Assembly (NCBI GenBank): GCA_037132395.1
Contig: JBAXPC010000003.1
Coordinates: 1 to 43,085, forward strand
Source of the DNA: a bacterium
GTDB lineage: Bacteria; Patescibacteriota; Saccharimonadia; CAILAD01; BJGX01
Reading direction: 5' to 3'
DNA: 43,085 bases
Below the pieces are notes generated by a model. It made no database searches and was not told the DNA's origin. It worked only from the letters and a program-made list of their open reading frames with translations. Positions 28,296-36,959 of this stretch are shown piece after piece (positions within the stretch are counted from its first letter, which is position 1; each line of letters starts with the position of its first letter). The translations under genes were made by a program, and so were the position numbers.

Positions 28296-29258
28296 TTGTC
28301 TACCTCAAGATCAGAACAGATTAAGAGTAAGCTTCAGGCTTACGATCAAGCTAGTGTCTTTAGATCTATCGAAGAGCTAGGGCTAAGAAACGCTATCGGT
28401 CCACTAGTACCGATGTCGTACGACCCTTCGAAGCCATTCCATCAGCTAACTACGGTACGCTGTGATGTCAGCTCGATTTCAAATGAAATGCTAGCGCCTC
28501 TAGGCCCAGCTGTGCATCGTAATTTTGGAGTGATACCATCTGCTTGGCGAGAGCATCAGGATATGCTGCAATTTATTGCTGGCGAAATGCTCCGAAGTGG
28601 AATGAATTTTACCTTGGTAACCAACCACAGTAACGTGGTTGATATTGCCCTAGTCCTCGGTGCTTTGCGCCTGGAACTGGCTAGCCTAATAGACGGTGAA
28701 GAGTTTTCTAGAAACAGCGGGCTAATTATTAGCCGCGGTATCGCTACAACTAAAGCTGACCTCAGCAATCTGGGCATCAATATGCCTACCGTTGAAGCAC
28801 TTCAGCTCTTTGCTAATATATTTTTTAGCTTTCCGACTACACCATCCGTTAGGAGCAAAAACTTTCCTGTTGAGCTTGTAAAATTATCTAACGAGCTAAC
28901 TCGAATTGAGCTGGACAATTTTCTCCAGCCAGGTGGTCGTTTGCTGGCTGTTGCGCCAAGTGCCTCTAAGGACTTGTTTTTGCGAGACCGTGTTCATATG
29001 CAACCACTAAAAAATGGGACAATGGACATCATGCAGGGCTGGGTTATACCTGTAGCTGTGACGCTCGATAGTTCTGAGCCACCAGCTTGCAGGGTCTTGC
29101 CTTGGAGGCTGGTCCAGTCTTACGAAGACTGTCATCAGACAATGCGAGACATTGCCCACGAATGTTATCGCCAAACCTTGGTGCCGCACCAATATTACGA
29201 CAAGCCGAGCCTTTTTGAAGAGGCTAAGGCAAATATCTCGAAGCTCCGTCGTAGCTAA
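28296..29258 (+). CDS. Putative glycerolipid acyltransferase (LPLAT/GPAT fold)
   Basis: HX4D motif in LVTNHSNVVDIA and block III-like LAVAPSAS. TTG start with AAGGAG SD and its own TGtTATAAT promoter. Confidence 0.65.
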   Translation: MSTSRSEQIKSKLQAYDQASVFRSIEELGLRNAIGPLVPMSYDPSKPFHQLTTVRCDVSSISNEMLAPLGPAVHRNFGVIPSAWREHQDMLQFIAGEMLRSGMNFTLVTNHSNVVDIALVLGALRLELASLIDGEEFSRNSGLIISRGIATTKADLSNLGINMPTVEALQLFANIFFSFPTTPSVRSKNFPVELVKLSNELTRIELDNFLQPGGRLLAVAPSASKDLFLRDRVHMQPLKNGTMDIMQGWVIPVAVTLDSSEPPACRVLPWRLVQSYEDCHQTMRDIAHECYRQTLVPHQYYDKPSLFEEAKANISKLRRS

Positions 29259-29264
29259 ATTTCT

Positions 29265-29304
29265 ATTCACCACAGCTCCAAAAGGGCTGTGGTGAATTTA
29301 TTTA
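29265..29304 (+). terminator. Intrinsic terminator
   Basis: ATTCACCACAGCTC-CAAAA-GGGCTGTGGTGAAT followed by TTATTT. Confidence 0.8.
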
Positions 29305-29346
29305 TATTCACTATTAGCTGTATAATCACTTACATTAAGGAGAAAA

Positions 29347-29949
29347 GTGTTGAAGGCTAGTATGCGCATGGAAAACTCCCTAAGAAGAAGCGGGCAGCTC
29401 TTTGTCTGTGGTATCGATGAAGTTGGCCGCGGAAGTTTGGCTGGGCCACTTGTGGCAGCGGCAGTTGTTTTGCCATCTAGCTGGCGAAAGGCTCTGACGG
29501 ACTCAAAATTATTGTCTGCAGCTAGACGTGAAGAGCTATCAGAATACATCACAGAGAAGTCACTTGGCTATGGCATTGGCTGGGTGGATAATACCGAAGT
29601 AGACTTATTCGGCCTAACTGAAGCAGTGCGGATGGCATACCTTCGGGCCCTAGAAGATTTGGAATGTGAGTTTAGCTCAATTATTATAGACGGTAATTAC
29701 GACTATCTATCCGAATATAAGTTAAGTCAGACAATCGTGAAGGCCGATCAGAAAGTGAGCTGCGTAGCCGCCGCCAGTATTATTGCAAAAGTCGCCCGCG
29801 ATCAGTATATGTTCGCCCAGACCCAACAGTACCCTGGCTATGGTTTTGAGAGTAATGTTGGATATGGCACCAAGAAACACCTAGAAAGTTTGGCCAGAAA
29901 AGGACCTTCAGATTTACACAGAAAAAGTTTTTGTAGGGGGTATTTATGA
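29347..29949 (+). CDS. rnhB: Ribonuclease HII
   Basis: GIDEVGRG.LAGP, DSK.LS, IIDGN, KAD....VAAASIIAKVARD, GYGT..H. Confidence 0.96.
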   Translation: MLKASMRMENSLRRSGQLFVCGIDEVGRGSLAGPLVAAAVVLPSSWRKALTDSKLLSAARREELSEYITEKSLGYGIGWVDNTEVDLFGLTEAVRMAYLRALEDLECEFSSIIIDGNYDYLSEYKLSQTIVKADQKVSCVAAASIIAKVARDQYMFAQTQQYPGYGFESNVGYGTKKHLESLARKGPSDLHRKSFCRGYL

Positions 29950-30296
29950 AAAATACCACCGCGATAGGATCACAGGCTGAAGATTTGGCTGCGCAGTACT
30001 TAATCAGTCAAGGATACAAAATATTGCAACGCAATTTCAAAAACCGCTTTAGTGAGCTAGATATAATCGCTAAAAATACCGAGTACATCTGCTGTGTTGA
30101 GGTGAAATACCGCAACACCGATGATTATGGCGGTGGTCTTGGAGCCATATCGGCCGACAAAAAGAGACGTTTGGCCAGAGGCTTTGAGTACTGGCTTTAC
30201 GAAAACCCACAATATGCAAAACTACAGCCCCGGATCGATGTAATTGCTGTAGGTGGTAATAAGCAGATACAGTTCATAGAAAATGCCATCGAATAG
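29946..30296 (+). CDS. yraN: YraN (UPF0102) family putative endonuclease
   Basis: G..AEDLA..YL...GY.IL.RN......ELDIIA......VEVKYR; canonical position after rnhB. Confidence 0.92.
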   Translation: MKNTTAIGSQAEDLAAQYLISQGYKILQRNFKNRFSELDIIAKNTEYICCVEVKYRNTDDYGGGLGAISADKKRRLARGFEYWLYENPQYAKLQPRIDVIAVGGNKQIQFIENAIE

Positions 30297-30314
30297 CCCC
30301 AGAACTCATGACTG

Positions 30315-30499
30315 ATGTCAAAAGTGCTGGATTCTCATACCGCTTGCTCACCGCCCTGTAAGGCCATAGCTCTAACTCATTTATTCCGGTTAGCCTCATT
30401 GTAGCTACAGCTACAAATCGGCCTGAGCCTCATAAATATAGCGAACTATGACGCCACAAATCAATAAGCCATCAATACGAGCCCTAGCACTCTTGACAT
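30315..30499 (-). ncRNA. Candidate ~185-nt rod-like structured RNA or ssDNA element (6S-RNA-sized, identity unknown)
   Basis: End-to-end imperfect inverted repeat centred at ~30407. About 15 arm differences give G-U pairs on the minus strand versus one giving A-C. Confidence 0.6.
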
Positions 30500-30521
30500 A
30501 AGACTGCTAAAAAAGTACAAT
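30493..30521 (+). promoter_or_regulatory. nusA sigma70 promoter
   Basis: TTGACA-17 nt-TACAAT. Confidence 0.85.
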
Positions 30522-30550
30522 TATGAGTATAGTCTGAAATGAGCGAAACT

Positions 30551-30579
30551 GTCGGTTGCACTGGTGTACCGACTTTTTT
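30551..30579 (+). terminator. Leader terminator/attenuator upstream of nusA
   Basis: GTCGGTTGCA-CTGG-TGTACCGAC followed by TTTTTT, between the promoter and the nusA start. Confidence 0.7.
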
Positions 30580-30634
30580 ATTCAAGCTTTATCTAGGGCT
30601 AACTACAATTTAATAACATTTTAATAGGAGAATT

Positions 30635-31882
30635 ATGCAAAACCAATTTTTATCAGCAATAGAGCAAATATGTGAAGAAAAAGGCATATCGAAAGATATG
30701 GTTATTGAGGCAATCCAAGCCGCAATAATCGCTGCCTACAAAAAAGACTTCGGCGACAAAGAGCAAGAGGTTAGGGTCGAGCTAAACCCCGATAGCGGCG
30801 AGCCAACTATTTTTGTAACCAAGGAAGTTGTTGAGAGTGTCGAAGATGGTCTAATACAAATATCGATAGCTGATGCCAAGAAGCTCAAAAAAGCTAGCGT
30901 CCTTGGAGATATGATTGAGTTTAAGGAAGACAACAAGGAATTCGGACGAGTCGCTGCCCAAACTGCTAAGCAGGTGATTGTCCAGCGAATTCGTGAAGCC
31001 GAGCGAGAAGTCGTATTTAGCGAATTTAGCGGCAAAGAAGGTCTAATCATTAACGCCACTGTTCAAAGATTTGAGAGTGGTAATGTATTTATTGATCTCG
31101 GAAAAGCAACCGGCGTGATGTTCCCCAGCGACCAGATACCTAATGAAAAGTATTATCCCGCCCAAAAGATTAAAGTATTTGTAGTTCGGGTTGAGCAAAC
31201 CAACCGCGGGCCACAAATTGTAGTTAGTCGTACACACCCAGATATGGTTCGAAGATTATTCGAGCTTGAAGTTCCTGAGATAGCCAACGGATCAGTGGAA
31301 ATTGCGGGAATCGCTCGTGAAGCTGGAGCTCGCACCAAGATTGCCGTCAAATCCAATGTCCCAGGAGTAGACCCAGTTGGTACTTTTGTCGGAGGTAGAG
31401 GCACAAGGGTGCAGGCCGTAATGGGAGAGCTCGGTGAAGAAAAAATCGATATTATAGCATTTAGCGATGATCCTAAGGAATACATCACAAATGCCTTGTC
31501 ACCAACTAAAGTAATTAGCGTTAAACTAGATAAGGAAAATAAAAAAGCCGTAGTCAAGGTCCCTGAAGACCAACTGAGTTTGGCAATCGGCAAATCCGGC
31601 CAGAATGTCAGGTTGGCAGCTAAATTAACAGAGTGGAATATTGACATCGATGGTGCCGATGAAGCTGGCGTTGAATCTACTGCAAAAGAGATAGTGCCAG
31701 AGCCCAAGCCCGCCCGAACAGTCGATCTAGAAGATGCCATAATTGCCGCTTCTAATGAAAAAACTGAAGTTAAAGATGGCAAGACTTCAGCTGAGGCCAC
31801 TGAAGTTAAGACAGAATCTGAAAAAAGTATCAAGGAAGCCGTAGAAAAAGAAGAAGCCTTAGAAGATTCAGAAGATAAATAA
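30635..31882 (+). CDS. nusA: Transcription termination factor NusA
   Basis: FGRVAAQTAKQVI.QRIREAER, S1 domain, KH domains (AREAG.RTKIAV, LSLAIGK.GQNVRLAAKLT), acidic tail. Confidence 0.97.
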   Translation: MQNQFLSAIEQICEEKGISKDMVIEAIQAAIIAAYKKDFGDKEQEVRVELNPDSGEPTIFVTKEVVESVEDGLIQISIADAKKLKKASVLGDMIEFKEDNKEFGRVAAQTAKQVIVQRIREAEREVVFSEFSGKEGLIINATVQRFESGNVFIDLGKATGVMFPSDQIPNEKYYPAQKIKVFVVRVEQTNRGPQIVVSRTHPDMVRRLFELEVPEIANGSVEIAGIAREAGARTKIAVKSNVPGVDPVGTFVGGRGTRVQAVMGELGEEKIDIIAFSDDPKEYITNALSPTKVISVKLDKENKKAVVKVPEDQLSLAIGKSGQNVRLAAKLTEWNIDIDGADEAGVESTAKEIVPEPKPARTVDLEDAIIAASNEKTEVKDGKTSAEATEVKTESEKSIKEAVEKEEALEDSEDK

Positions 31883-31930
31883 ACAGACACAAAAACCAAA
31901 GTTTGCTAGAATTAATGGAGGACAATAATT

Positions 31931-34408
31931 ATGCAAGAAGATTTTTTAAGCCATTTTGATAGATTTACACAGAATGCTAAAAAAAGCCTGGAGAGTGCAG
32001 GCCTTCTTGCAATTAATATGGGGTCGAGCTACATAGGCACCGAACACTTGCTGCTAGGAATGCTTAAAGTGCAGGGTTCGATAGGAGCTCGCCTACTATC
32101 TGACATGGGCGTCAGAATTGATAACGTCCCCGTTTATGGCAATCATAATATCCAGACCTCTACACCGTCGGGGAGTATTGAGCTATCTGAGACAGCCAAA
32201 CAAACCATTACATCTGCACTTAGAGTTGCACAGCAAAACGGCCAACCCTACGCTGGTACGGAGCATTTATTAATTGCAATTCTCGGGCAAAAAAATTCTC
32301 GGGCAATATCTATTTTAAAAGACATGCAGGTCGATCCGGTAGCAGTTAGAGACGAGCTAGAAAAGTACCTGGACTCTCAACCTTCTCAAGTCGAGATACC
32401 ACAAGGTGGACCAGGCCGTAAGAATTCTAAACAGTCTAAAACACCTGCACTTGATCACTTCGGTATAGACTTGACAGCTAAGGCTACAAAAGATTTGCTA
32501 GATCCTGTAATCGGTCGAGAAACCCAAATCGATAGGATGATTCAAATTTTAAACCGTCGGAGCAAAAATAATCCTGTTCTGATTGGCGAGCCTGGAGTTG
32601 GTAAAACAGCGATAGTAGAAGGACTAGCTAAAAGAATTGTCGACGAGAGAGTCCCAGAGATGCTACTAGGTAAGAGACTAATGATGCTTGATATGGCATC
32701 TGTTATTGCAGGGACTAAGTTCAGGGGCGAATTCGAAGAAAGACTCAAAAAGATAATTGACGAGGTAACTGCTTCGCCAGATGTAATATTATTCATTGAC
32801 GAGCTTCATAATGTAGTCGGAGCCGGAAGTGCCGAAGGGGCAATTGATGCTGCGAACATCCTAAAACCAGCCTTGTCGCGCGGGGAAGTACAGACTATTG
32901 GTGCTACCACTCTTGAAGAGTACAGAAAGCACATCGAAAAAGATGCTGCACTAGAACGGCGCTTTCAGCCAATTATAGTTCCAGAAGCTACAGTCGATGA
33001 AACTATCGAGGTGCTCAAGGGCCTGCGACCAAGGTATGAAAAATTCCACAGCGTTAAGATTACTGATGAGGCAATCGAAGAGGCTGCTAAATTAGCAAAG
33101 CGCTATATAGCGGACAGGTTTTTGCCAGACAAAGCCATAGACCTAATCGATGAAGCATCATCACGGGCCAGAATAACCCGTTCAAGTACCGACGGACGAG
33201 GCAAGCGCCTATCCAAACAGCTCGAACAAAAGTTAATCCAAATTGATGATGCTGTATATAACCAAGATTTTGAGCAAGCTGCTCGATTAAAATCTGAAGC
33301 CAGCATTATAGAAAAAAAACTAAATGAAGTGCAGGCTGACTCTAAAAACAATGATAAGGTCGAAGTTACGATTGAGGACATTACCAAGGTGGTGGCTCAA
33401 TCTACAGGAATCCCCGTTGAAAAATTAGCTAAGTTTGAGACTGATAGTCTTAAGAAACTAGAGCAGACATTAAAACTCAAGATCATCGGACAAGACAATG
33501 CTGTCGATGTTATTGCCAAGGCTATCCGCCGTAGTCGCACAGGCATTGCTGACCAAAAGAAACCCATCGGGTCATTTATGTTTTTAGGACCTACCGGGGT
33601 AGGCAAAACCGAACTCGCTCGTGTACTTTCAGAAGAACTCTTTAATGACGCAGACTCGATTATTAAGGTTGATATGAGTGAGTTTATGGAAAAACATAAT
33701 GTCTCGCGCTTAGTCGGAGCTCCCGCAGGGTACGTGGGCTACGAAGATGCCGGCCAGCTGACAGAAAAAGTTCGTCGCAAGCCATACAGCTTAATATTAT
33801 TTGATGAAATCGAAAAGGCCCATCCTGATATATTTAATATTTTGCTTCAGATTCTAGAGGATGGTATCTTGACTGACGCCAAGGGCAAAAAAGTAGATTT
33901 TAGCAACACAATTATAATTATGACAAGCAATGTTGGTGCTAGGGTTTTGGCGAAGGAAGCTGAAATCGGATTTGCGACCGACACCCCCAAAGAACAAAGA
34001 AAGCTAGACGAAATACACGTACAGATGACAGAAAAAGTTACCAGTGAACTGAAAAAACAATTTCGTCCAGAATTTTTGAACCGCATTGATCATGTTGTGG
34101 TATTTAAAGCACTCTCGAAGTTAGATATCGAAAAGATTGCTGAGCTCCAGCTCAAAGATCTTGCTAAAAGACTTGAAGAAAAAGAAGTTATCCTAAAGTT
34201 TAAGCCAAATGTACGAGTCTTGCTGGTAGAAAAAGGCTATGATATCGAAAACGGAGCTCGCCCCATGAAGAGAGCGGTACAAAGATTAATAGAGGATAAG
34301 CTTGCTAGCGGCATAATTACAGAGATGATCAAGCCAGGCGATATCGTAGAAATTAGTGCTAAAGATGGTGAGGTTGATCTAAATATCAAGGTCGGTGCAA
34401 CAGTATAG
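31931..34408 (+). CDS. clpC: ATP-dependent Clp protease ATPase ClpC
   Basis: Clp-N repeats, two AAA+ modules ([16 protein letters not shown]), UVR middle domain, IGF loop. Confidence 0.94.
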   Translation: MQEDFLSHFDRFTQNAKKSLESAGLLAINMGSSYIGTEHLLLGMLKVQGSIGARLLSDMGVRIDNVPVYGNHNIQTSTPSGSIELSETAKQTITSALRVAQQNGQPYAGTEHLLIAILGQKNSRAISILKDMQVDPVAVRDELEKYLDSQPSQVEIPQGGPGRKNSKQSKTPALDHFGIDLTAKATKDLLDPVIGRETQIDRMIQILNRRSKNNPVLIGEPGVGKTAIVEGLAKRIVDERVPEMLLGKRLMMLDMASVIAGTKFRGEFEERLKKIIDEVTASPDVILFIDELHNVVGAGSAEGAIDAANILKPALSRGEVQTIGATTLEEYRKHIEKDAALERRFQPIIVPEATVDETIEVLKGLRPRYEKFHSVKITDEAIEEAAKLAKRYIADRFLPDKAIDLIDEASSRARITRSSTDGRGKRLSKQLEQKLIQIDDAVYNQDFEQAARLKSEASIIEKKLNEVQADSKNNDKVEVTIEDITKVVAQSTGIPVEKLAKFETDSLKKLEQTLKLKIIGQDNAVDVIAKAIRRSRTGIADQKKPIGSFMFLGPTGVGKTELARVLSEELFNDADSIIKVDMSEFMEKHNVSRLVGAPAGYVGYEDAGQLTEKVRRKPYSLILFDEIEKAHPDIFNILLQILEDGILTDAKGKKVDFSNTIIIMTSNVGARVLAKEAEIGFATDTPKEQRKLDEIHVQMTEKVTSELKKQFRPEFLNRIDHVVVFKALSKLDIEKIAELQLKDLAKRLEEKEVILKFKPNVRVLLVEKGYDIENGARPMKRAVQRLIEDKLASGIITEMIKPGDIVEISAKDGEVDLNIKVGATV

Positions 34409-34476
34409 GCAGCTAGCTGCTATAATAATCTATTCGCTATTTGTTCGTAAAGCAGTAGTCGTGTATAATTTATTGT

Positions 34477-35805
34477 ATGTCTAAATCAAACGTACAGTTT
34501 AGCTGCCAGAGCTGCGGAGCCAACTCTAGTAAGTGGAGTGGTAAATGCATGCAGTGTGGCGCATGGGATAGTATCGTAGAGAGCATCGCCCCAGGATTTA
34601 ATGGGAACAAGAAGCTAGCCACTCCAACCACTAAAATCGACAAGTTCCACGAAATTTTATCTTCCGATAAAAGCCGAATAGGTACTGGCAATAGTGAAGT
34701 CGATGCGGTCTTGGGTGGAGGGATAGTACCAGGCAGCCTGGTACTCTTGGCTGGTGACCCTGGCATTGGCAAGTCTACTCTGGTTTTGCAGATCGCTGCG
34801 GAAGTGGCCAAGAAATACAAAGTTCTATATGTAAGTGGTGAAGAATCTGCTGCCCAGGTTAAACTTCGGGGAGCTAGGCTCAAAGGTATGAATACTGAAT
34901 TTGAGTTTTTGGCGACTACTGATGTAGATGAAGTGTTGGCCTATGCCCAAACTGGTGGATACCAACTTGTAGTGATAGATTCGATTCAAACTATGGTGAG
35001 CCAAAACCTTAGCGGCTCAGCTGGTACGACCAGCCAAATAACCAACAACACTAATAGTCTGGTTCGGCTAGCAAAGAGTACCAACACCTCCTTCGTCATT
35101 ATTGGACATGTTACAAAAGAAGGTAATGTAGCTGGACCGAGATTAATGGAGCACTTAGTGGATACAGTCCTGTACCTTGAGGGTGAACGCTATGGTCTGC
35201 TGAAGCTTTTGAGGAGCGTCAAGAATCGCTTTGGAGCCACCAATGAAGTCGGTATGCTAGAGATGACTGAAGCAGGCCTAGTGGCCGTAAAGAACCCTTC
35301 TGAGGCCCTCTTGCAAGAGCGTCAAGAGCTTCCGGGCAGTGTAGTATTTGTGGGCATGGAAGGCAGTCGGCCTATCTTAGTAGAAGTTCAAGCATTAGTT
35401 AGCCCTAGCGTATTTGGCTATCCTAAGCGTGTAGCAGATGGGTTTGATATCAATCGCCTTGGACTGTTGTGCGCAGTTATGCAAAAACGCGGTGGTATTA
35501 ACTTGAGTAGTCACGATGTCTATGTTAATATTGTAGGCGGAATAAAGCTCTCCGAACCAGCAATTGATCTCGCAATTATTTTAGCAATAGCGTCCGCATC
35601 AAACGGTAAGATTATCAAGCCAAGTACCGTAGTATTTGGCGAAGTGGGTCTAAGTGGCGAAGTTCGGTCTGTCAATATGTCAAATTTAAGACTTCGTGAG
35701 GCCAGTAAACTCGGGTACAAGAATGGAGTCGTGCCAGCTAGTTCTAAAGGTCAAAATTACCTAGGAGTCAAGACTATAGCTGAAGCTATCAAATCATTAA
35801 AATAG
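34477..35805 (+). CDS. radA: DNA repair protein RadA/Sms
   Basis: C4 zinc finger, GDPGIGKST, KNRFG, Lon-like C-terminus. Confidence 0.97.
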   Translation: MSKSNVQFSCQSCGANSSKWSGKCMQCGAWDSIVESIAPGFNGNKKLATPTTKIDKFHEILSSDKSRIGTGNSEVDAVLGGGIVPGSLVLLAGDPGIGKSTLVLQIAAEVAKKYKVLYVSGEESAAQVKLRGARLKGMNTEFEFLATTDVDEVLAYAQTGGYQLVVIDSIQTMVSQNLSGSAGTTSQITNNTNSLVRLAKSTNTSFVIIGHVTKEGNVAGPRLMEHLVDTVLYLEGERYGLLKLLRSVKNRFGATNEVGMLEMTEAGLVAVKNPSEALLQERQELPGSVVFVGMEGSRPILVEVQALVSPSVFGYPKRVADGFDINRLGLLCAVMQKRGGINLSSHDVYVNIVGGIKLSEPAIDLAIILAIASASNGKIIKPSTVVFGEVGLSGEVRSVNMSNLRLREASKLGYKNGVVPASSKGQNYLGVKTIAEAIKSLK

Positions 35806-35821
35806 AGGAAATAATAAATTT

Positions 35822-36823
35822 ATGTTAGTCGTAGAAGTTATATTAGTAATTGCCTTAGCTATATTTGTTATAACATATCGCTTGGCCAAATTAAGCGCCC
35901 AGAAATTAATACTAGTCGTAATAGGAGCGCTACTTGGTAGCATCATCGGATCATTATTAGCTATTCCGATTTCGGCCTTGCCAGAGCCGTACAAGCAGTA
36001 CTTGCCAATAGTCGTAACAATTGTTTTGGCTGCTGCAATGGCATCAGTGTTTTATTCGCAGCATGATTTCTTAGACAGCTTAATGTCAAAAAAGAGTGAT
36101 AAAAAAGTAAAACAAGATAAGCCCATGCCTCTCAAGATCAATAAACACGACACTAAAGTACTGGTTGATACCTCAGCTATAATCGACGGTCGAATTGGTG
36201 ACATCGTTGCTAGTGGGTTTATTCCTGGTGCTTTGATTGTACCTAGGTTTGTTTTGGCTGAGCTCCAAAATATTGCCGATAGTGAAGACCCGCTGCGTCG
36301 AGGTAGAGGTCGTCGTGGCCTAGAGATACTAAATGATATGCGCCTTAATGATGCTTTGCAGCTCGAGATTATCGAAGATGACCCTAAGGACGTAAAAGAG
36401 GTAGATCACAAGCTGGTTTACTTGGCCAAAAAACACAATGCCAACATTTTAACTACCGACTACAACCTTAATCGCGTCGCAACAATTGAAGGAGTTAAAA
36501 TTCTCAACATCAACGAATTAGCTAATGCTATCCGGGCTGTCGTTTTACCTGGAGAAATTATGAAAGTAAATGTTGTACAGGCCGGTAAAGAAAAAAACCA
36601 AGGTGTAGGATACCTGCCCGACGGAACCATGATTGTGGTCGATGGAGGTGATAAGCTCATTGGCAAGGATGTCGACTGCGAAGTTACCAGGATATTCCAG
36701 TCTGTTGCTGGCAAGATGATATTTGCTACTCCTAAAAATGCTAAGGCCAGCTCTAGCACTCGTCCACCCAGACAACCCAGAAAGCCCACCAAGTTTACTC
36801 CAAGCACTAAAAGCTCTAGATAG
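35822..36823 (+). CDS. Membrane PIN/TRAM domain protein (YacL-like)
   Basis: TMs, VDTSAIIDGRI, RGRRGL, TTDYNL, GKE..QGVGYL.DGTMIVV. Confidence 0.92.
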   Translation: MLVVEVILVIALAIFVITYRLAKLSAQKLILVVIGALLGSIIGSLLAIPISALPEPYKQYLPIVVTIVLAAAMASVFYSQHDFLDSLMSKKSDKKVKQDKPMPLKINKHDTKVLVDTSAIIDGRIGDIVASGFIPGALIVPRFVLAELQNIADSEDPLRRGRGRRGLEILNDMRLNDALQLEIIEDDPKDVKEVDHKLVYLAKKHNANILTTDYNLNRVATIEGVKILNINELANAIRAVVLPGEIMKVNVVQAGKEKNQGVGYLPDGTMIVVDGGDKLIGKDVDCEVTRIFQSVAGKMIFATPKNAKASSSTRPPRQPRKPTKFTPSTKSSR

Positions 36824-36959
36824 TAAAAACAATTAGCACTTCAGTTAATGACAGTAAGCTAGGGCTAATTTTACCTAAAGCCGAGATTGGTTTGGCAGAT
36901 ACAGCCTTTAATATAGTTTACTTGCTAAGCAAATAACGATATTTTTTATAAGCCTAGTT

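Noticed and set aside
30315-30499. MITE or IS remnant reading of the long inverted repeat (TGT...ACA ends)
   Set aside because: No target-site duplication seen, and pairing extends through the whole element with one-strand G-U bias. Not favoured, though not excluded without a genome-wide copy search.
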